Position numbers and translations under genes: made by a program. Shown here piece after piece: positions 14,450 to 28,312 of a DNA stretch of 64,000 nt (position 1 is the first letter of the stretch; every line of letters begins with the position of its first letter). The notes beneath the pieces are model-generated. The model saw nothing but the letters and a program-made list of their open reading frames with translations. It was not told the origin of the DNA and made no database searches. The DNA comes from Fimbriosthenelais zetlandica (lineage: Eukaryota): positions 15,376,001 to 15,440,000 of the forward strand of contig OZ365114.1 of assembly GCA_977030845.1 (NCBI GenBank), read 5' to 3'.

Positions 14450-15200
14450 ACATTTGGGAATATGTTCTCTATTCCACTTAGTACATACTTCCTACGGTCA
14501 TAATTATGCAACTTTCCTGAAACATTCAATTATATTATCCAAACAAACAGATCTCACACCTGGTTCTACTTTGATTGCGTTTCAATTGCCTGTACTGTAC
14601 TGGTGGCCACTGCTCCCAATTGCTTGAAATCATACGAAAGCCAATTATCCATTATCCGACCATGTGTAACGAGGTCACATAGGTCATATTCCAGGCGCTG
14701 GGTTTTATACGATTTCAAGTCTATAAAACAAAACATACTGACACCACTCTCTACAAAAGGCCTTCATGTCCCACCCTGTGCAACAGCTGCCTCGAAAGGT
14801 CAGTGGTAAATTACCCACTTCTCGTGTGAGAGTTGAGTTTTCAAATCCCAACAAAACACTGACTGTCTCATTATTTACCAAAGTCCGTGCAATAATAGGT
14901 AATACTCTTCCAATTAAGATCATTTCGTCGTGCATTGGAGGATTCAAACCGTGAATATAAGATATTATTCTGTTTCCATTTTCAACAGCAAAGATATGTA
15001 TAGCAAAGTTATGTACATGCACTAAAATAGATGCCATGCACCCATATACTTCCTGTCTAGGTATATATTCTTCGTGGGACTTTGTTATATCATATCTGAC
15101 GACCAAATGCTCCTTTTGTATTGCTGGTTCGTCATTAAATGAAGGTGGAACGTTTTATATAGTATCTGCTGCAGCTGCCAGTGTTTAAGGTTATATACTT
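14450..15200 (-). mobile_element. Decayed CR1-type LINE reverse transcriptase core
   Basis: ORF 14705-15106 and flanks: LVVRYDITKS (D+.KAFD), QEVYGCMASILVHVHNF (L..YG+.G.+L.W+.NFL), ENG, LIGRVLPII (LGP+LF), LGFENSTLTREV (LFADD.K+YR.+), TGWDMKAFCREWCQYV (W.M.FN..KC.V), then IGFRMISSNW. Catalytic DD is lost. Confidence 0.65.
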
Positions 15201-16419
15201 CCTGTAAACGCAGTGCAAGTGCATCCATAACGTTATTTCGTTTGTGGACCACGTATGGTGCACCATTAAGATGACATGGAACGGATGCCGTACTGTGTCT
15301 CCTCTATTTTACTCCTGGGAACTATAATGTTCCCATTGCCTCCCTATAACGGTACTCTGGAGTCACTGTATTCTTTCCCTTCTGACAAGTAAATTTATGT
15401 GACATGGCTGCACGTAATAAGATTGAGTCCTCTTTCATTTCAAAGTAGATTAAACCTTGATGAAGATAATGAATGAATCAATGGTTGTTTTATGCCATGC
15501 CAGCTGTTGATGAAGATAAATCAAAGGTATATAGGACTACTATTATCTCATGCTAGAGGTGTGAAGTAAAACATTTCATTCTAGTGCGTATAATATGTAA
15601 AGTAAGCAAGCGTTTGTCTTGTCTTGTATAAATAGCCCATGAGATCGTCCCCTAGGGGAACAAAGTGATAAATGTTTGCTTAACGTGCATAATAGTATAA
15701 ATAATTAATCGTGATTGGACCAAATTAATGTCCACGGTAAGAACATAGTAGACTCGGTCCCTCTTAAAGAAGAGGGCATATGGAGTTTTTCATGGAGGTT
15801 GAGAGATGAATTAGGCCCTCCTCGCTTGCCTCCCGGGGCCTTGTGTATTGACAAATTATACACTCGCAAGAGCTGCTCTAGAAACAGTGGTAGGTGCATC
15901 CATATATTCACTCACCCTTGGTTTCCCATACAAAAGGCTCATCTCTAACTAAAAATAACTTCACACAGGACCGGGCTCATTTTTAACTATACATCACTGT
16001 GTCCATTCCGCCAGAAGAAATTCTGTGCTTTGTTGACTGCTCAGCAGCAATAGATCACTTTGGTTGCCGTCAACAATGTAAAATTTGGACGGTCCCAATT
16101 CCTGTGGCTTTTAGTTTTAAGTTCCTTTTTACCGTAGGGCAATTGCCTAAGAGTTCTATTGTAAGTTGGTTTGCCAAAAGGGATGCTTATGTCTGGTGAT
16201 TGTCAGTATACATTGGTATATGTGATCGAGAGCTTGGTGAGTGTTACTAGGGCTCATGGAAGGAGACATTGGTCAGGATCTTGTAAGGATTGCCTCCAAA
16301 CCTGCACCAACGGATGCTGTACAATACAATTGAAACCGGCATCTACCGAACACCCAAACCCTACCCTGCTGCAAGGTTCTGCAGCTCCATTGTTTTAGTC
16401 GAAGGAGGAATGTGAGAGG

Positions 16420-16700
16420 CTGGCTCTTCAATGTGAGAAAATCGATAGGATTAAGGGTAAACCTGTGTTGAGAACCAGAGGTTGATGGAGGGAGGAAGAG
16501 TACATTGGAAAAGAAAATATATCTCTGGTAGTTGTAAAAAAACTGTTACAGTTATTTCTGGAGAGAGGGCTGTAGCAGGTTACAGGAAATACTTCCATGA
16601 ATTGATTCCATTTGATAACTAGACAAATCTGAAACATGATGTCTTCTTTTCCAATTAATTAATGAAATTAATAGAATAATCTACCTCATGCAAGTTTTAG
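16420..16700 (-). mobile_element. Possible decayed Rex1/Babar- or L2-like RT fragment
   Basis: GRLFY*F / CLVIKW / NSFFTTTR / PLVLNTGLP..LSIFS resembles R+LF+DFS / L+.KL / +FLT.R / P.TL.TG.PQG..LSP.LFS. Confidence 0.35.
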
Positions 16701-19219
16701 GATAACTCTCATACTCAGAATGTGTGTGGTAAGATGTTGAACATCACACTTAACGTCTTGGCTATTGATTTTACTTGTACTCCTCTGGCGTCAATGGCTC
16801 TCACCAAGGTGAGTGGACGTTAGTGTTGACGGTATGGTAACTATTCTTAATACTTGGTCAAGTCTTGATGCGTTCACCCCGTCTGACCTGCATGTTGTGA
16901 ATTCTGATGGGAAGGCTTGGTTACTTTGCTTTAACTATGCCAATATAAGCTCTGTCATATTAGCTTGAAAGACCATGCGGACCATTGGTTCCCTGAGTAT
17001 CCCTGCCATGCTTTTAACATGTGTCCACGAAACAAGGTGGCCCATTAATTGGCTTAGAGCGTGCCTTTTTTGTGGAAGGTACTTATTTCAATGTAGAACT
17101 AACCCTCTCTTGCTTACCACATTACTGTCTACACAAAAACAGAAATGGAGAGACAACCATGGTTTAATGGCAGAAAAAAAGATAGAAAAGGGTCCAAAAA
17201 GGAAATTCTGATGTTTTTTTCACATATATATACATGTAGTAGTTTTGCCCTCTGACTGTTCATGTGAGGCGGTACTGTTCGTTTGGACTAAGAGGCATGG
17301 CCAGACGTGCCTCTGTGTGTCTGTCTGTCACGCTTCTCCCATTCCTAGCAATGGAACTAATCCCCTGGATGGCCACTTCAGCGTGAGATCTAAGCCTTCC
17401 AAACCTCCAAACCTCAGGACATCAAACCATCAGGACTTCCAACTGCAATGCTGCCGCCAACCGCCCTTACTCCTACAGACCTGCTAAGTAATTGGGTTTT
17501 AGACGAGTGCCTTGTGCGAGGGCGCAGGGGTCTGTGTGTTGAAAACACTTTGATATGGTTCTATGGGTGTTGGTGCAAATTTAAATTTTGTCAGATACTA
17601 TCCTAAATTGATCTGTCAACTTCCCCATTACATTTATGAGTGAACATGTTTCACTCCATCTGAGTGATCTTACATCAGTGTGAATAAATTAAGACACTCT
17701 TGTAACTTAACCCCTTTTACCTAATAGAATACATGTTGGATACTCTATTAATTATCACAACTTTAAGAATATTACAACACAATATTTCAAATTTATTAAT
17801 TTGTCACAGACTCCATTCAATCGGTACAAGCAGAATACACCAGTCCTCAAATCATCGCTAAGTTATTTCACATCAGTACGTGGGTCAAGGCCAGCGACTG
17901 GAAACCATTTATTCTGATTCACCATGCAATGAATCATTAACTAAGTCATGTCTGGACCACCAAGTGTTTCGTGAACGTCCGTGATCCCTGGACTAAAATA
18001 CATCAAGGACATTTTCAGGCTGCGGCTTTGAATGAGGGACGTCATGTCCCATGGCTAGACGCTTTGGCACTTGCCAGCCGGGTCTGTGTCCTACACTTCC
18101 ACTACCTCCTGTACCTTGTGGAAGGGACAATGCTTTATATGTAATCAGGTACCGATACATCACTGTTAAACATTCATGAGACCTTCCCCTTTATTACTAT
18201 TTAGCTCCAGCACCAGCTTAATGTAATGGTTTGTTGGTCTGTGGGGGACAATAAAGCAGTATTTTATGGCCAGGGTACATAAGCTTGAGCAGGTAATCAC
18301 AAATGGTGCAGCCCAAGATCCTAAAATGTAATTATACGCCCGATAGATCTCAAAGCCTTTCATTCGAGGGGTGTCTTTAAGTATTTTCATATTTATCATC
18401 TATGACATGGATGTGAATGTTGGACATGACAGCTATTTAAAAAAGGTCGATGGTATCTCTTTGTAACTATCTGATAAGAAATCAGCATAAGAAATGTACG
18501 TTGTAAAGAATATGGGGCACTATATCATCCATGGTTCTGTTATATTCGATTGCCATTGTTTTAGTTCATCTATATCGATATCAGAGGCAACATTTACAAG
18601 TACAAGTTGGACATCCCTGTGGCATTGTCCTGTCTCCCAATGAGTTTTTGCCATCAGAAGTCATGTCTACACATGAGCCCCTCCTGCATGTAGAGTGCTG
18701 GGTGCACTCTGCTTCTTCCCAAGCCATTCACGACCAGGAGATATATATCACAGAACATGCGACCATCCCTGTCTCTGATCTCTAAACAAGATTGATGCTG
18801 CCTCCCCAGAGACCACCGAGGGCAGATTTTTCATCTGAGATATTGCAGGCTCCCAATCGTCTTACTTTTCTTTGTCCTCGCATCAATTATTCGTATGCAG
18901 GATGCACGCTATGGACTCTAAATTTTATTGTTTAGTTCTTTCGGTGTAAGGGAAGACTTCTGGCACCTTTGATGTTAATCTTTTAAAGGGCGATCATGGA
19001 AGGTGTGCTGGGGGCCACTGTAAGCCAAGACATGCACATCAGCTTGTATGTGGGAAGGCAGAAGTCAAAGGGAGAAGTATACGATTACAGAGCTGGATCT
19101 TATTCCAACGTAAGACTACATCATAAAAAATGTACTATATTACTTGCTCTTCTTCATTTTGCCACCTTTTTTAACTGTTCATCATGCTTTGCGTATATAA
19201 TGTGTCTTCTTTTAATACT

Positions 19220-19640
19220 GCTTTGATGTATGATTTTGACACCTTTTGACCGAGTAGATCATCTGTTAATTTGATAGTGATCGTATCAGACATTTCGAAA
19301 GTTTCCCTGTTTCTTGCTGCTGTATTTTTTATCGCAATATTCCAACGAGGACGAATCTGTAATACAGATTGGTAGTTCCATTCATTATCTGCTGTCCTCT
19401 CTAATTTGATTCATGGTGGATGCGGATTTTGTAATGCCAGCTTGCCATGGTTTAAAAGCACGAGGAGCAGGCTCTATAACCTGATTCATCTTCATCCACT
19501 TCCTGCTTCCATTAAAACACAAGCAGGACAGAAGACAAACAGAAGTACAATTCTAAATGGCCTGTTGTCGCTATTTCCGGATGACTTTACAGGCATATCC
19601 ATCAGCTGCTCCCTAGCTTTAGGACTTTGAGTGGTTTGGA
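19220..19640 (+). mobile_element. Decayed L2/CR1 RT core fragment
   Basis: FDRVDHLLI at 19245 (AFD.VDH.+L), GGCGFCNASLPWFKS (G+.G..L.WF+SY), LSLFPDD (LFADD), in order. Confidence 0.5.
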
Positions 19641-20929
19641 GCTTCTCAGCGGTATGTCTGTGTCGAAATGGAAACATGCCAGGGAAGGCTGCCAAATGAT
19701 TGAAAGGTGCTGCAACAGTCTCTGTCATACCCATCTTCCTTTGTTAAATATCGCTTTACTCGCTTTATCCCAGGAGAAATTATTACTGAAAGTATAATAT
19801 AGAACTGTTCCTAAGTGCTTAGCTTAGACGTTGATCGGATAACCTATATATTATATGATATGTGTATGTGGTATAGCCAAGCTGATCAGAGTGATGCCAC
19901 ACTTACATGTCCTCATGGCTCCATGCCAGTCAGCCTATCAATTGCTACATAGCAGCTTCTGGCAGCTCAACCAATACTCACCTTCAATTTCCCGTTTATG
20001 AAACCCTCATCTCTCTGAATTATTTCATGATAATTTGATTGGATTAATGCACTGTCAGACCCTTTATAATGTTTAAAAAGAGAGGAATATTTCTTTTTAC
20101 TAAAAGCCAATGATATTCACATTTGATTACCAGTTAGATTCTTTTATCAGAACATGGTTTCTATCGAGTTGGAAGAAATGGATATTGTATTGATATCAGT
20201 TAAGGCTTATTTGACAGTGTAATGTGTGTCTGATGTTTGGAGTTTTGGTAATGAGTTTATGATGAATACCCTGATAGAAATTGGCTGCTTCAGTCGAGGG
20301 GAAGAGGGCTAGGTTCCATGGTTGGTTTGACAAGAGGAAGTGAATAGACCAAAGAAGCATCAAGTAAAAGACAGACTTCAATTGATGGGATTGCCTCGCA
20401 GCAAACTAGATTACTCTCCACAGTGGGTAGGTGCACTATGTTGCTGCCTGAACCCAAGCAATAGAATTCAACTAATACATTGGTGCACTTACCGACTGGA
20501 AGCACCCTGTAAATTTTATAAATTGATAATAGTTGACTGATAATTGTTGGGGAAACTGGCAGTGTTTTATTTTTTTGCCAGTCTTTTATGTTTTTGTTCA
20601 TTTCCATTTCAGCAAGTTATATAATTATGGTTCTCCTTTAGGAAAAGTTATAAAGTAGCGAATGTTGCCCTGTTATCTTATTGGATCTGGTGCCGGTGAG
20701 CTATCTCTAATACTATACCTCAAAATTTAATTTCCTTTTAAGAGATAAAAATGCATTGTATTTTGGTTTAATGAAGGGTGATTGTCTTAAAATAGAGTAA
20801 TAAAGAGGTGAGTGAAAATGTAATATAATATTTATGATGGGTTCAAATCAATATATCTATAATCCACAATGGTTGACTGCATCCATGATACAGTCATCAT
20901 TTGCAGTTCATTACACTTAACAGTCAGCA

Positions 20930-22210
20930 CCTAAAAGCAATAAAAAAATTGTCTGACTCAAGTATCAGAGTCCAATAAATCATCAGATTTGTTCTCTTTC
21001 TGGAATGAGGTTGCAAAGCAAACTGAAATATTGACTTTACAATATTGACCGTGGATATCGAAACTTTAAAAAAGTACATTCATCATTAATGGTAAAGTTT
21101 GAGTAAATAGCCAGTCAGGATGCTTGGTTCAGATGTGCGGAAATTAGTTTTAAACCATAATCCGTCATATTAGTCTAAATTTTGTCTTGTGTGGTAAATA
21201 TTTCTGGGACAAATCCCTTTATATAATACCATTCATTGTGACGTTATAAATCTTGTTATTAGGTTGGTGGTACAGCCCTGCCCTCTGACTAGCCTTTCCT
21301 CTAGCATAGAGGAGCTTATACATCTTTGTCTGGGTCTCCACACTTCCAAACAGGCAATCACACAATCCATTACACGAAGGTTCCAACTGAACTGGCAAAC
21401 TCTGTATCTCACGAGATTCAGAAATAACAGAATTTCATCTTCGAGAGTGGCTAGCCTTCTATACATATCGCACCAGGTCACGCCAAGTCCACAGTACTTA
21501 AATAAACATCTGAAACACTTAAAATTCCTTGCCTAGAATGCCAGAACTCCTATAAGCCTTCCCCTGGACAAAAAGCATCCTCAATAGATAGAATAATCAG
21601 TATAAAGAAGTTCATGTCCATTCGCAATCATAATAAAGGTGTCCCATCACAGACTGGGTGGTTTCCAATTCTGTGTTATGACCTAGAGTAATTTCCACCC
21701 TTTCCCATATTCCATTATCCAAGGTAGTAAAGTTATGTGGCTGGGAAGGGATTAAGGGCCCACCTCTCAAGCTTCCTAGCTTATAATTCAGCAGGGGAAT
21801 GATATGTATATAGGCAGACAAGTCAGATATGGAACCTTGTTTATGGGTCCCAATAGAGATGATCAGGGCAGGTTTTAGGTTAACTTGGCTTCTCACTATC
21901 AAGCAATAAGATAAGGTCCTGGGACACTCCGGGAACTCCTTAATCCAGCACTAGTGACTATTAATACATTGTGTGGTTGCCATAGATACCCTTTAGCAAT
22001 TATTCTCATCAAAGGATTTCGCTTTTTTTGTGGTCTGTGACATGTGACATCGAATTTTCCCATTATGCCTACTGAGGTAATAATGTGTTTTCTCCTTTGT
22101 AGGAATTTGTTTGATGTACAATCAATGTGTACCACAGCAAGGGGAAAAGCTTTCAGCTTAAAGTATATGGTCAATTCTTGTGAACTATCGTCAAATATGG
22201 TGGGTAACAA
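20930..22210 (-). mobile_element. Decayed L1/Tx1-clade LINE ORF2 reverse transcriptase (about 1.3 kb)
   Basis: Colinear across ORFs 21899-22210, 21612-21902 and 21233-21481: KHIIT..MGK...HRP....N...RIIAK, AGLRSSRS, PALIISIGTHK (PALLLSLDAEK), LDNGIWERVEITLG, LEDEILLFL (YADDILLFL), then GQYCKVNI...FQ (GRIN.+KMN+LP...LFQ). Confidence 0.6.
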
Positions 22211-23879
22211 GAATGGCTAAATGATAGGTGCAATAAATGGTTTAGTTAAAGACATGTTACAGAATATTATGCCTATATTATCAACATCTTATAATAATGT
22301 GTGGAAAATAATACGCATAATATATATGAATAGGCCTAAATATAGACAAGAATATATTTGAAAATATTGTTCATTAAAATAAATAATATATAGTTAACAA
22401 TACTAACACTATAGCCATTCAACTGTTTTCCAACACCTGTAATTAAATCCTTTTTGGAGGATGCTTAAAATGATTCTATAGTAGCCTAAGTAAATTGGTC
22501 ATACTGATTTGATGAGCAATATATATTTGTATCTGTTATTTATCTGAGGGAATCAGCCATACATAGCTTCAGGCTTTGGCGCTTTTTGCAAATGCCAGGA
22601 GTCTGGAAAATGGAGCAGCCTTTGACGTGAAAATTGAAGTGTATATAATGCATGACATTTTCCTCATAACAATTCTATTGACATTTCCAAGGTCTAGAAG
22701 ACATTAACTGAGGAAAACCATGACCTTTCCAGCCTTTCCTTCCATCAAAGTAAACAAGGTTGAAAGAAATCAATATGATCAAAGGACTGAACTCGCCAAT
22801 GATTTACTTTACATTTATTTTCATCTTACTATCCATTTGATACCCATCATACAGAAAGGTGCTGGGCAATGTGGTCGTGCCTGGGCAGGCTAAGAGTGCT
22901 ATGAGGTGTTTCTGAAAAAGCCCCTCAGCCACTAATGACACTTGTTGGGGTCACCCCTAGCTTTCTACTTATAGCCCAGTCACATCCACTTCAGGCCATG
23001 ATCCACTTCCTGGATCTCCTTCTCAAAGATATAACGCCTTTCGTAAACCACCTCCATTATTGATGAAAAAAGATTGACCCACATACAAATCCCTAATTGA
23101 ACAATGAAGGTCTTTACTGGACCTAATTATAAGACTATGTGCCTGCATAGAAAGGTGGATAGGCCACAATGTCCTTTGTAATTGAATCGTATTCGGTTAA
23201 GCTGAGGGGGGCACCGTATACGAATGCACCCACAGATCTTGTAAGGGCTGAGCCAGCAACCATAAACTGTCACAGGAATCAATACTGCACATTCTCATAT
23301 TCCTGTTGCTCTGACCGTGCCAGGGCCAATTTGACCGCTTTTCCTGCTTTTCATCTCTTGCAGCCCATGGCAGTCAGCACCTTATTGGCCTTTGGGGTTC
23401 CTCATTAAGCAGAGATGGTGGGGAGTGAGGTGACCAGGGCATGATGCTTTATATTATAGGCGGTCTATCAGGATGGTCATATACACAATACTTAATGTCC
23501 CTTACTATATATATAATGAAAAGGATAATATTGCATTACTGGATACAGTCCGATTGGGTGTGGCATCTTCTGTATTTTTTTAGTATGTCGCCTCGACAGT
23601 TTCTTGAGAGCTCTGATCACATCACAGGAACTTGATACTGAATGTCTGTCCCGACTAAAGACTCATTGTATCAGCTTTGAATAGAGTTTTCAGCAGTATC
23701 AAATGATCATCATGGGCATCAATCCTGTTCACAACAATGGTGCGTTTAAATTAAATAAAGCAGAGCATAGACGTTTTCTATGAGATTCATAAGAAAAGCA
23801 GAGGAGCACTTTCATCTGGAGATAAATAACTGTATCGGGGTTTACCATTCTGATCTCGCTTTAGGTCTTTCTCTGAGGC

Positions 23880-24080
23880 AGCGAAGTGATTTAGAGAGAC
23901 GGACACCGGGATTGTGTGCACTGAAGACTGAGTGTTGAATCATTGTCTGCATAGAGCTGTGGGTGGCTGGGAAAACCTAAGATATATATTCCAGGCAGGC
24001 GTATTCTCGGTAGAGGCAGAAACACCCCGTGTAAAGAGTATGGCAGGGAAAAAGCATGAGGCCTCCAATCTACTCTGAGG
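23880..24080 (-). mobile_element. Possible decayed L2 RT fragment (YADD region)
   Basis: SLHGVFLPL...ILGFPSHPQLYADNDST resembles QGSVLGPLLF...I..HG+..H.YADD+QLY. Confidence 0.4.
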
Positions 24081-24479
24081 CGGTTCTTAAAGGAAAGCCA
24101 AACAAATTGCATCTTTTTAGTGGCCAAGTCACTGTTGGGAGGGTTTTACATGGGGAATTCTCTCAGCCCAGAACTGTTATCCTAGCAGCTGATGGCAGCA
24201 GTATGCCCTTCAGTTGACCAGGCCTTCTAATTATCCCTAAACTAGGAGGCTTCATAGTGTAGGAACTCGTTCGCCAAACCTCCTTCCTGCCTTGAATCCC
24301 CAAACACAATCCTGCTACTCTAGTATGGCCACCCTAGGTTTATCCCCCTTTCAAATGGCTTTCAAGGGGCTGAAAGGGGATCATAAAGCCTCAAGTACAA
24401 TGTTTCTCAGCACATCAGAAACTACTTACAAACTAGTTTTGTATTTCAGTTTTTCTCTCACTAAGTCTTTCACAGATAT

Positions 24480-24970
24480 ATCCCGGCAGGCAGTAAGGAT
24501 TCAATGTGGCAAAATCTCCTGATACTCGATCACATTTATCATGATTTATCAATGTACATAGTAGTCGTCTATGTACGTTCATGGATAGAAGACCCATGGA
24601 GGTCGCATACATGTAGAATCATGGACAGAATGGCCCTTAAGCGCCAGCAATATGAATTCATCTTTGTTCAGCTGAAGCCTATAGCCACCTCTTCTTGAAC
24701 CATGTGCATTGCCCCAAGTGTTTCTATTCCTGTGGTACACATAGGAAGTCCCTTTCTCATGGGCCAGATGCCCAGATGCAGGGCCATGGATAAGTCATGA
24801 ACCTAGGCCTTGTGGGACCCCGGAATTCACTGCCACCAGATACCATCAATCAAAGTTCTCCTATACATGAAGCCCAGTATAGTGAACCAACTATAGCCCC
24901 ACACCAGGCCTTTTATGATAAATAGTTCACGGTTATCGCCCTTTGAAAAAAAAATGCTGGGTATTTCGTC
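24480..24970 (-). mobile_element. Decayed L2/CR1 RT core
   Basis: Exact SGVPQG at 24824-24807, preceded by FSKGDNRELFIIKGLVWGYSWF and RRTLIDG, followed by LQLNKDEFILL (LN.DKTE.+L). Frameshifted. Confidence 0.7.
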
Positions 24971-25749
24971 GGTTTAGGGTTAAAGTATTAATGCTACAAC
25001 ATTATCCATGTGGAATTTGAACCTTGGGATGAGTCAATTATAGATGAATTCAATCTGGTTGCCAGTATAATTGTTGCCTTTCAGGAAGAAACTGCTGATT
25101 TGTCTGCATAAAATTGTGTTTGCTGTTCATCTGACACCCGAAATGCAGTACACATGTGTGTTGTGAGGACAGGCAGTATAAATGCGGTTTGGTTATTTCT
25201 GGCTAAGGTTAGACTTACAAATGATGGCTTATTGACTTATCCACTGACTCGAAACACTTGCACACACCTGCCACTGTGTTCACGCGCCTGTCATATTTCA
25301 TGTTCACATGCTAAAACCAGATTTCATTACCAATTTTTTCACATCATGCGGCCACCTATCATTCAACGGTACTGCGTCGAGGGGATGCATCTAATATCAT
25401 TTTTCAATGACATTTTTATAAAACTGCATGCAATTGGGTATAGCGTGGAGGTCACTTGGGATAGAAAAACAAGAAGTTGGAGATTGAATAGCCTAGATAC
25501 TCATGTATACACTTTCTATGCTGGCCACATGCTCTGATATTTAATGCATGCATCAGTCCACCCTGAATGTGTATCACTAATAAATAATACACCAGCCAAT
25601 GTCTAGCTTGCTGATTTGGTGCCTTCCTGCCATCCTCTGTAGACACTGGTATATATCAGTGAAGAGGGTCAGCCAGAGGAAAATAATAACAACCAGAGGA
25701 GGAGAGAGAGACGAGAGAGAGACGGAGAGAGAGAAAGCAGCATCTCAAG

Positions 25750-26080
25750 CACAGCTTATAAAAGTGTTCCCCTGGGACCAAGAATGATATGTAGCAGCAG
25801 GGATCGATGGCTGGTGCTGAGCTAGTCACCCCAGGCGCCCTCTCAGCACAACTGCTCACACGAGTCGCTCACAAGATGCTAGGGTGGCTATTGACATGAA
25901 AGTGGTTTCTCGGGCTTAGCCAATAGGGGCATCGAGCACTGGCCCTTCAGGCGACCGGCCAACCAAGGCCGAATTGATATGAAATCCAGAATCAGTCGAG
26001 TGGAAAAGTCTAAACGGGAACATATGGTTAGGGAGGGGCTGTTGCATGCCACAGGGCTGGTATTCCATTTCACGGTTGGA
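25750..26080 (-). mobile_element. Possible decayed L2 ORF2 C-terminal fragment, abutting a short GA-rich tract (about 25699-25735)
   Basis: TICSRLDFSTRLI (++SRLDYCN.LL) followed by AERAPGVT..AIDP...FLVP...FYKLCL (AAR+VTG...HITP+L..LHWLPV..RI.FK). Confidence 0.35.
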
Positions 26081-26199
26081 TGGTTAACTCATAGGGTGGT
26101 CTCTTTTCTCCCTTTCTATTTAGCTTGAGGTCTAAGAGGATGGTATACCCTTATTTTCAGGCCATTTGGGGCTACAGTATTTACTTTACCACTTATCCT

Positions 26200-26660
26200 G
26201 GGTCTCAAACAGCTTTCCTGTACTACTTTTACTGAACGGGCATAAGTAATAGCATAATGAGTGAATGACAGTTTTAAGCCATGCCATGGAACAGTCTTAT
26301 GTTGACCCCCTTTAATTCTAACACAATGCTGGAGTGACTGTCAAGGGTGCTCATTAGTTCTACATTTCCACTGGGTCAAGCTTAAGGGACTATTACGCAA
26401 CTCAAGACATAGACCCTGGACCATCTTCTGGAACACTAAATGGACCTACTTTAAGTGTGACATTGTCAGCTTAGACCCACAAAGGGGCTTACCAATAATA
26501 AAATAGTTGATGCTCAGAATGACTCAAACCACTCCCTAGCTAAACAAGATTAAGATCAATATCTCCCTCCATGACATCTCCAATACAAAAGGACTCCTCA
26601 GATCTACTTCTTTCTTCAATCTCTTAGCCACATCTTTTGGCCCCCTACCTTGGCAACCAC
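26200..26660 (+). mobile_element. Decayed Rex1/Babar-like RT fragment
   Basis: FTERA*V / PCHGTVLC*PPLILTQCWSDCQ (APQGTVLSP.LF.LYTSDC) / GCSLV..LKGLL / IVDAQ / QIYFFL. Confidence 0.45.
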
Positions 26661-27349
26661 AGCAAGCCTTAGGCCAGCATGTGCAGTTCCAATGTAGTGC
26701 GATGAAATATTCAAATCTCGGGGAAGGGGGTCCTCAAGGCGAACCATTATGTACTCTGCCTGGGCCACAGGCTTAGGCTATAGAAGCTGATACACAATAT
26801 GTTACTTCATGAAACTTTCATGCGCGATGTGAGACATTTTTGTTGCTCATTTTACTCATATTTCCTTATCCAGTACTAATATACTCATATTTCATACGTA
26901 CACATACATATTTTTTACTGAGGAAAATTTATGATGTCTTGGGTAGAGAAAGTGTTATAAATAGAAATAATGTGTATGGCTTGTGCGTACATATTGTTGT
27001 TATAATAATACCAATGAGTCTCTCTTAAAATACACATCGTTTTCATCGTGTAGGGATTATCAGGTGATTTTGATTCCACAAGCCACACATCCTTCACATT
27101 AGTCGGTACTCAAAATGGTGCTTTGTAAGAAATCAATATCATATGCAGTCAAATGTCAGACAAGATGATTGATAATTCATAACTGTATTATGGCAAATAC
27201 AACTTCGTGTGTACTGGACTTTTCAACTTTAATAAATATTATATCAGTCATATGTGAGTCCCTATGGATGTATACTGATGATTGATGTGACTTTAAACAT
27301 GACATACTACAGTCCGAGTATCATACTTAAAGATGTATGCGTATCGAAG

Positions 27350-27730
27350 ATTTTCTACGGTGCAAACATTGTATGGTGCAGATAAATAGTTCCTGCTTCA
27401 TTGTAAAATGTGGCTCGTTTCCATGGAAAATGCGCTTCGGATGGTCGCAATTGGCTTCGTGTATGGGAATTTTCTATGGACTGCTGATGGCAACTTAGTA
27501 GGGCATTGAACCCATTGAGTGATAGAGGAGAATGAGTGATGCAGGGGACGAAAATGGTGGCGGTGGAGGTAGGGCGGAGGGCGATTAAAGACAAAGAAGA
27601 AGGGTGGGGATAAAGGAGAGCAGTGTGGGTAAAGTAGGAAGGAGAGGGTTTCATGGCTGACTTTAGTGGCCGGCCCCTGGGCGAAATGGAGCCCTGATCC
27701 CATGAGAGCAGCCCATGAGAGCCACTCATT
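27350..27730 (-). mobile_element. Decayed L2 ORF2 C-terminal fragment
   Basis: ORF 27355-27729: GLLSWDQGSIS (LGV++D..LS), SYFTHT (S+++HLR), TATIFVPCITHSPL..GFNALL...QQSIE (TL+HA+I.SRLDYCNALL.G+P...I.RLQ). Confidence 0.5.
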
Positions 27731-28312
27731 ATTGAATTAGGACATCAGAAGGGCAGCTAATTTGTTGGGGAGAGGCCCAGGACTGCGATTCACGGGTCAA
27801 ACTTGGTTACCTCAATAATCACATGATATGATGGCTGGGTCCCTGCATGATTAAAAGAACTTGTGTGTGAATATCAGAAGGCCATGCAAGCCTTGTGTGA
27901 AGCCAGGCTATAACAACCATAGGCTAAAGCACTGTTGTACAACGCAGCTATATTCAATCCTCAGTAGAGCCTAAATCAACTAAGATGAACATTTCCTTCT
28001 ATGATAAATTGAACATACATCACATGTTAGGTTTTGCAAAAAAAATCCTGACCAGATCCATGCACACAAACATTCTACGGCCCACCACATAGCTTTTTGA
28101 TGATATTGAAAATTCCAAACTTATCAAGTTTCATTGGCTGATATCAGACGAAAAGTCAATCAAAAGTTGCAAATAGCGTTCATTCAATAAGGGTGCATCT
28201 GATATTTGACTGCTAAAATATTGTTAAATATATTTACTCTTAACAATGGCACACCCAGTTTCATTAACATCGAGTGGATTGATCACTTGAAAATTGTATC
28301 ACATGTCAATAC

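Noticed and set aside
18400-18800. Minus-strand MPQGCP ... MDDIV resembling RT motifs
   Set aside because: The two motifs are out of frame and the intervening sequence fits no clade convincingly.
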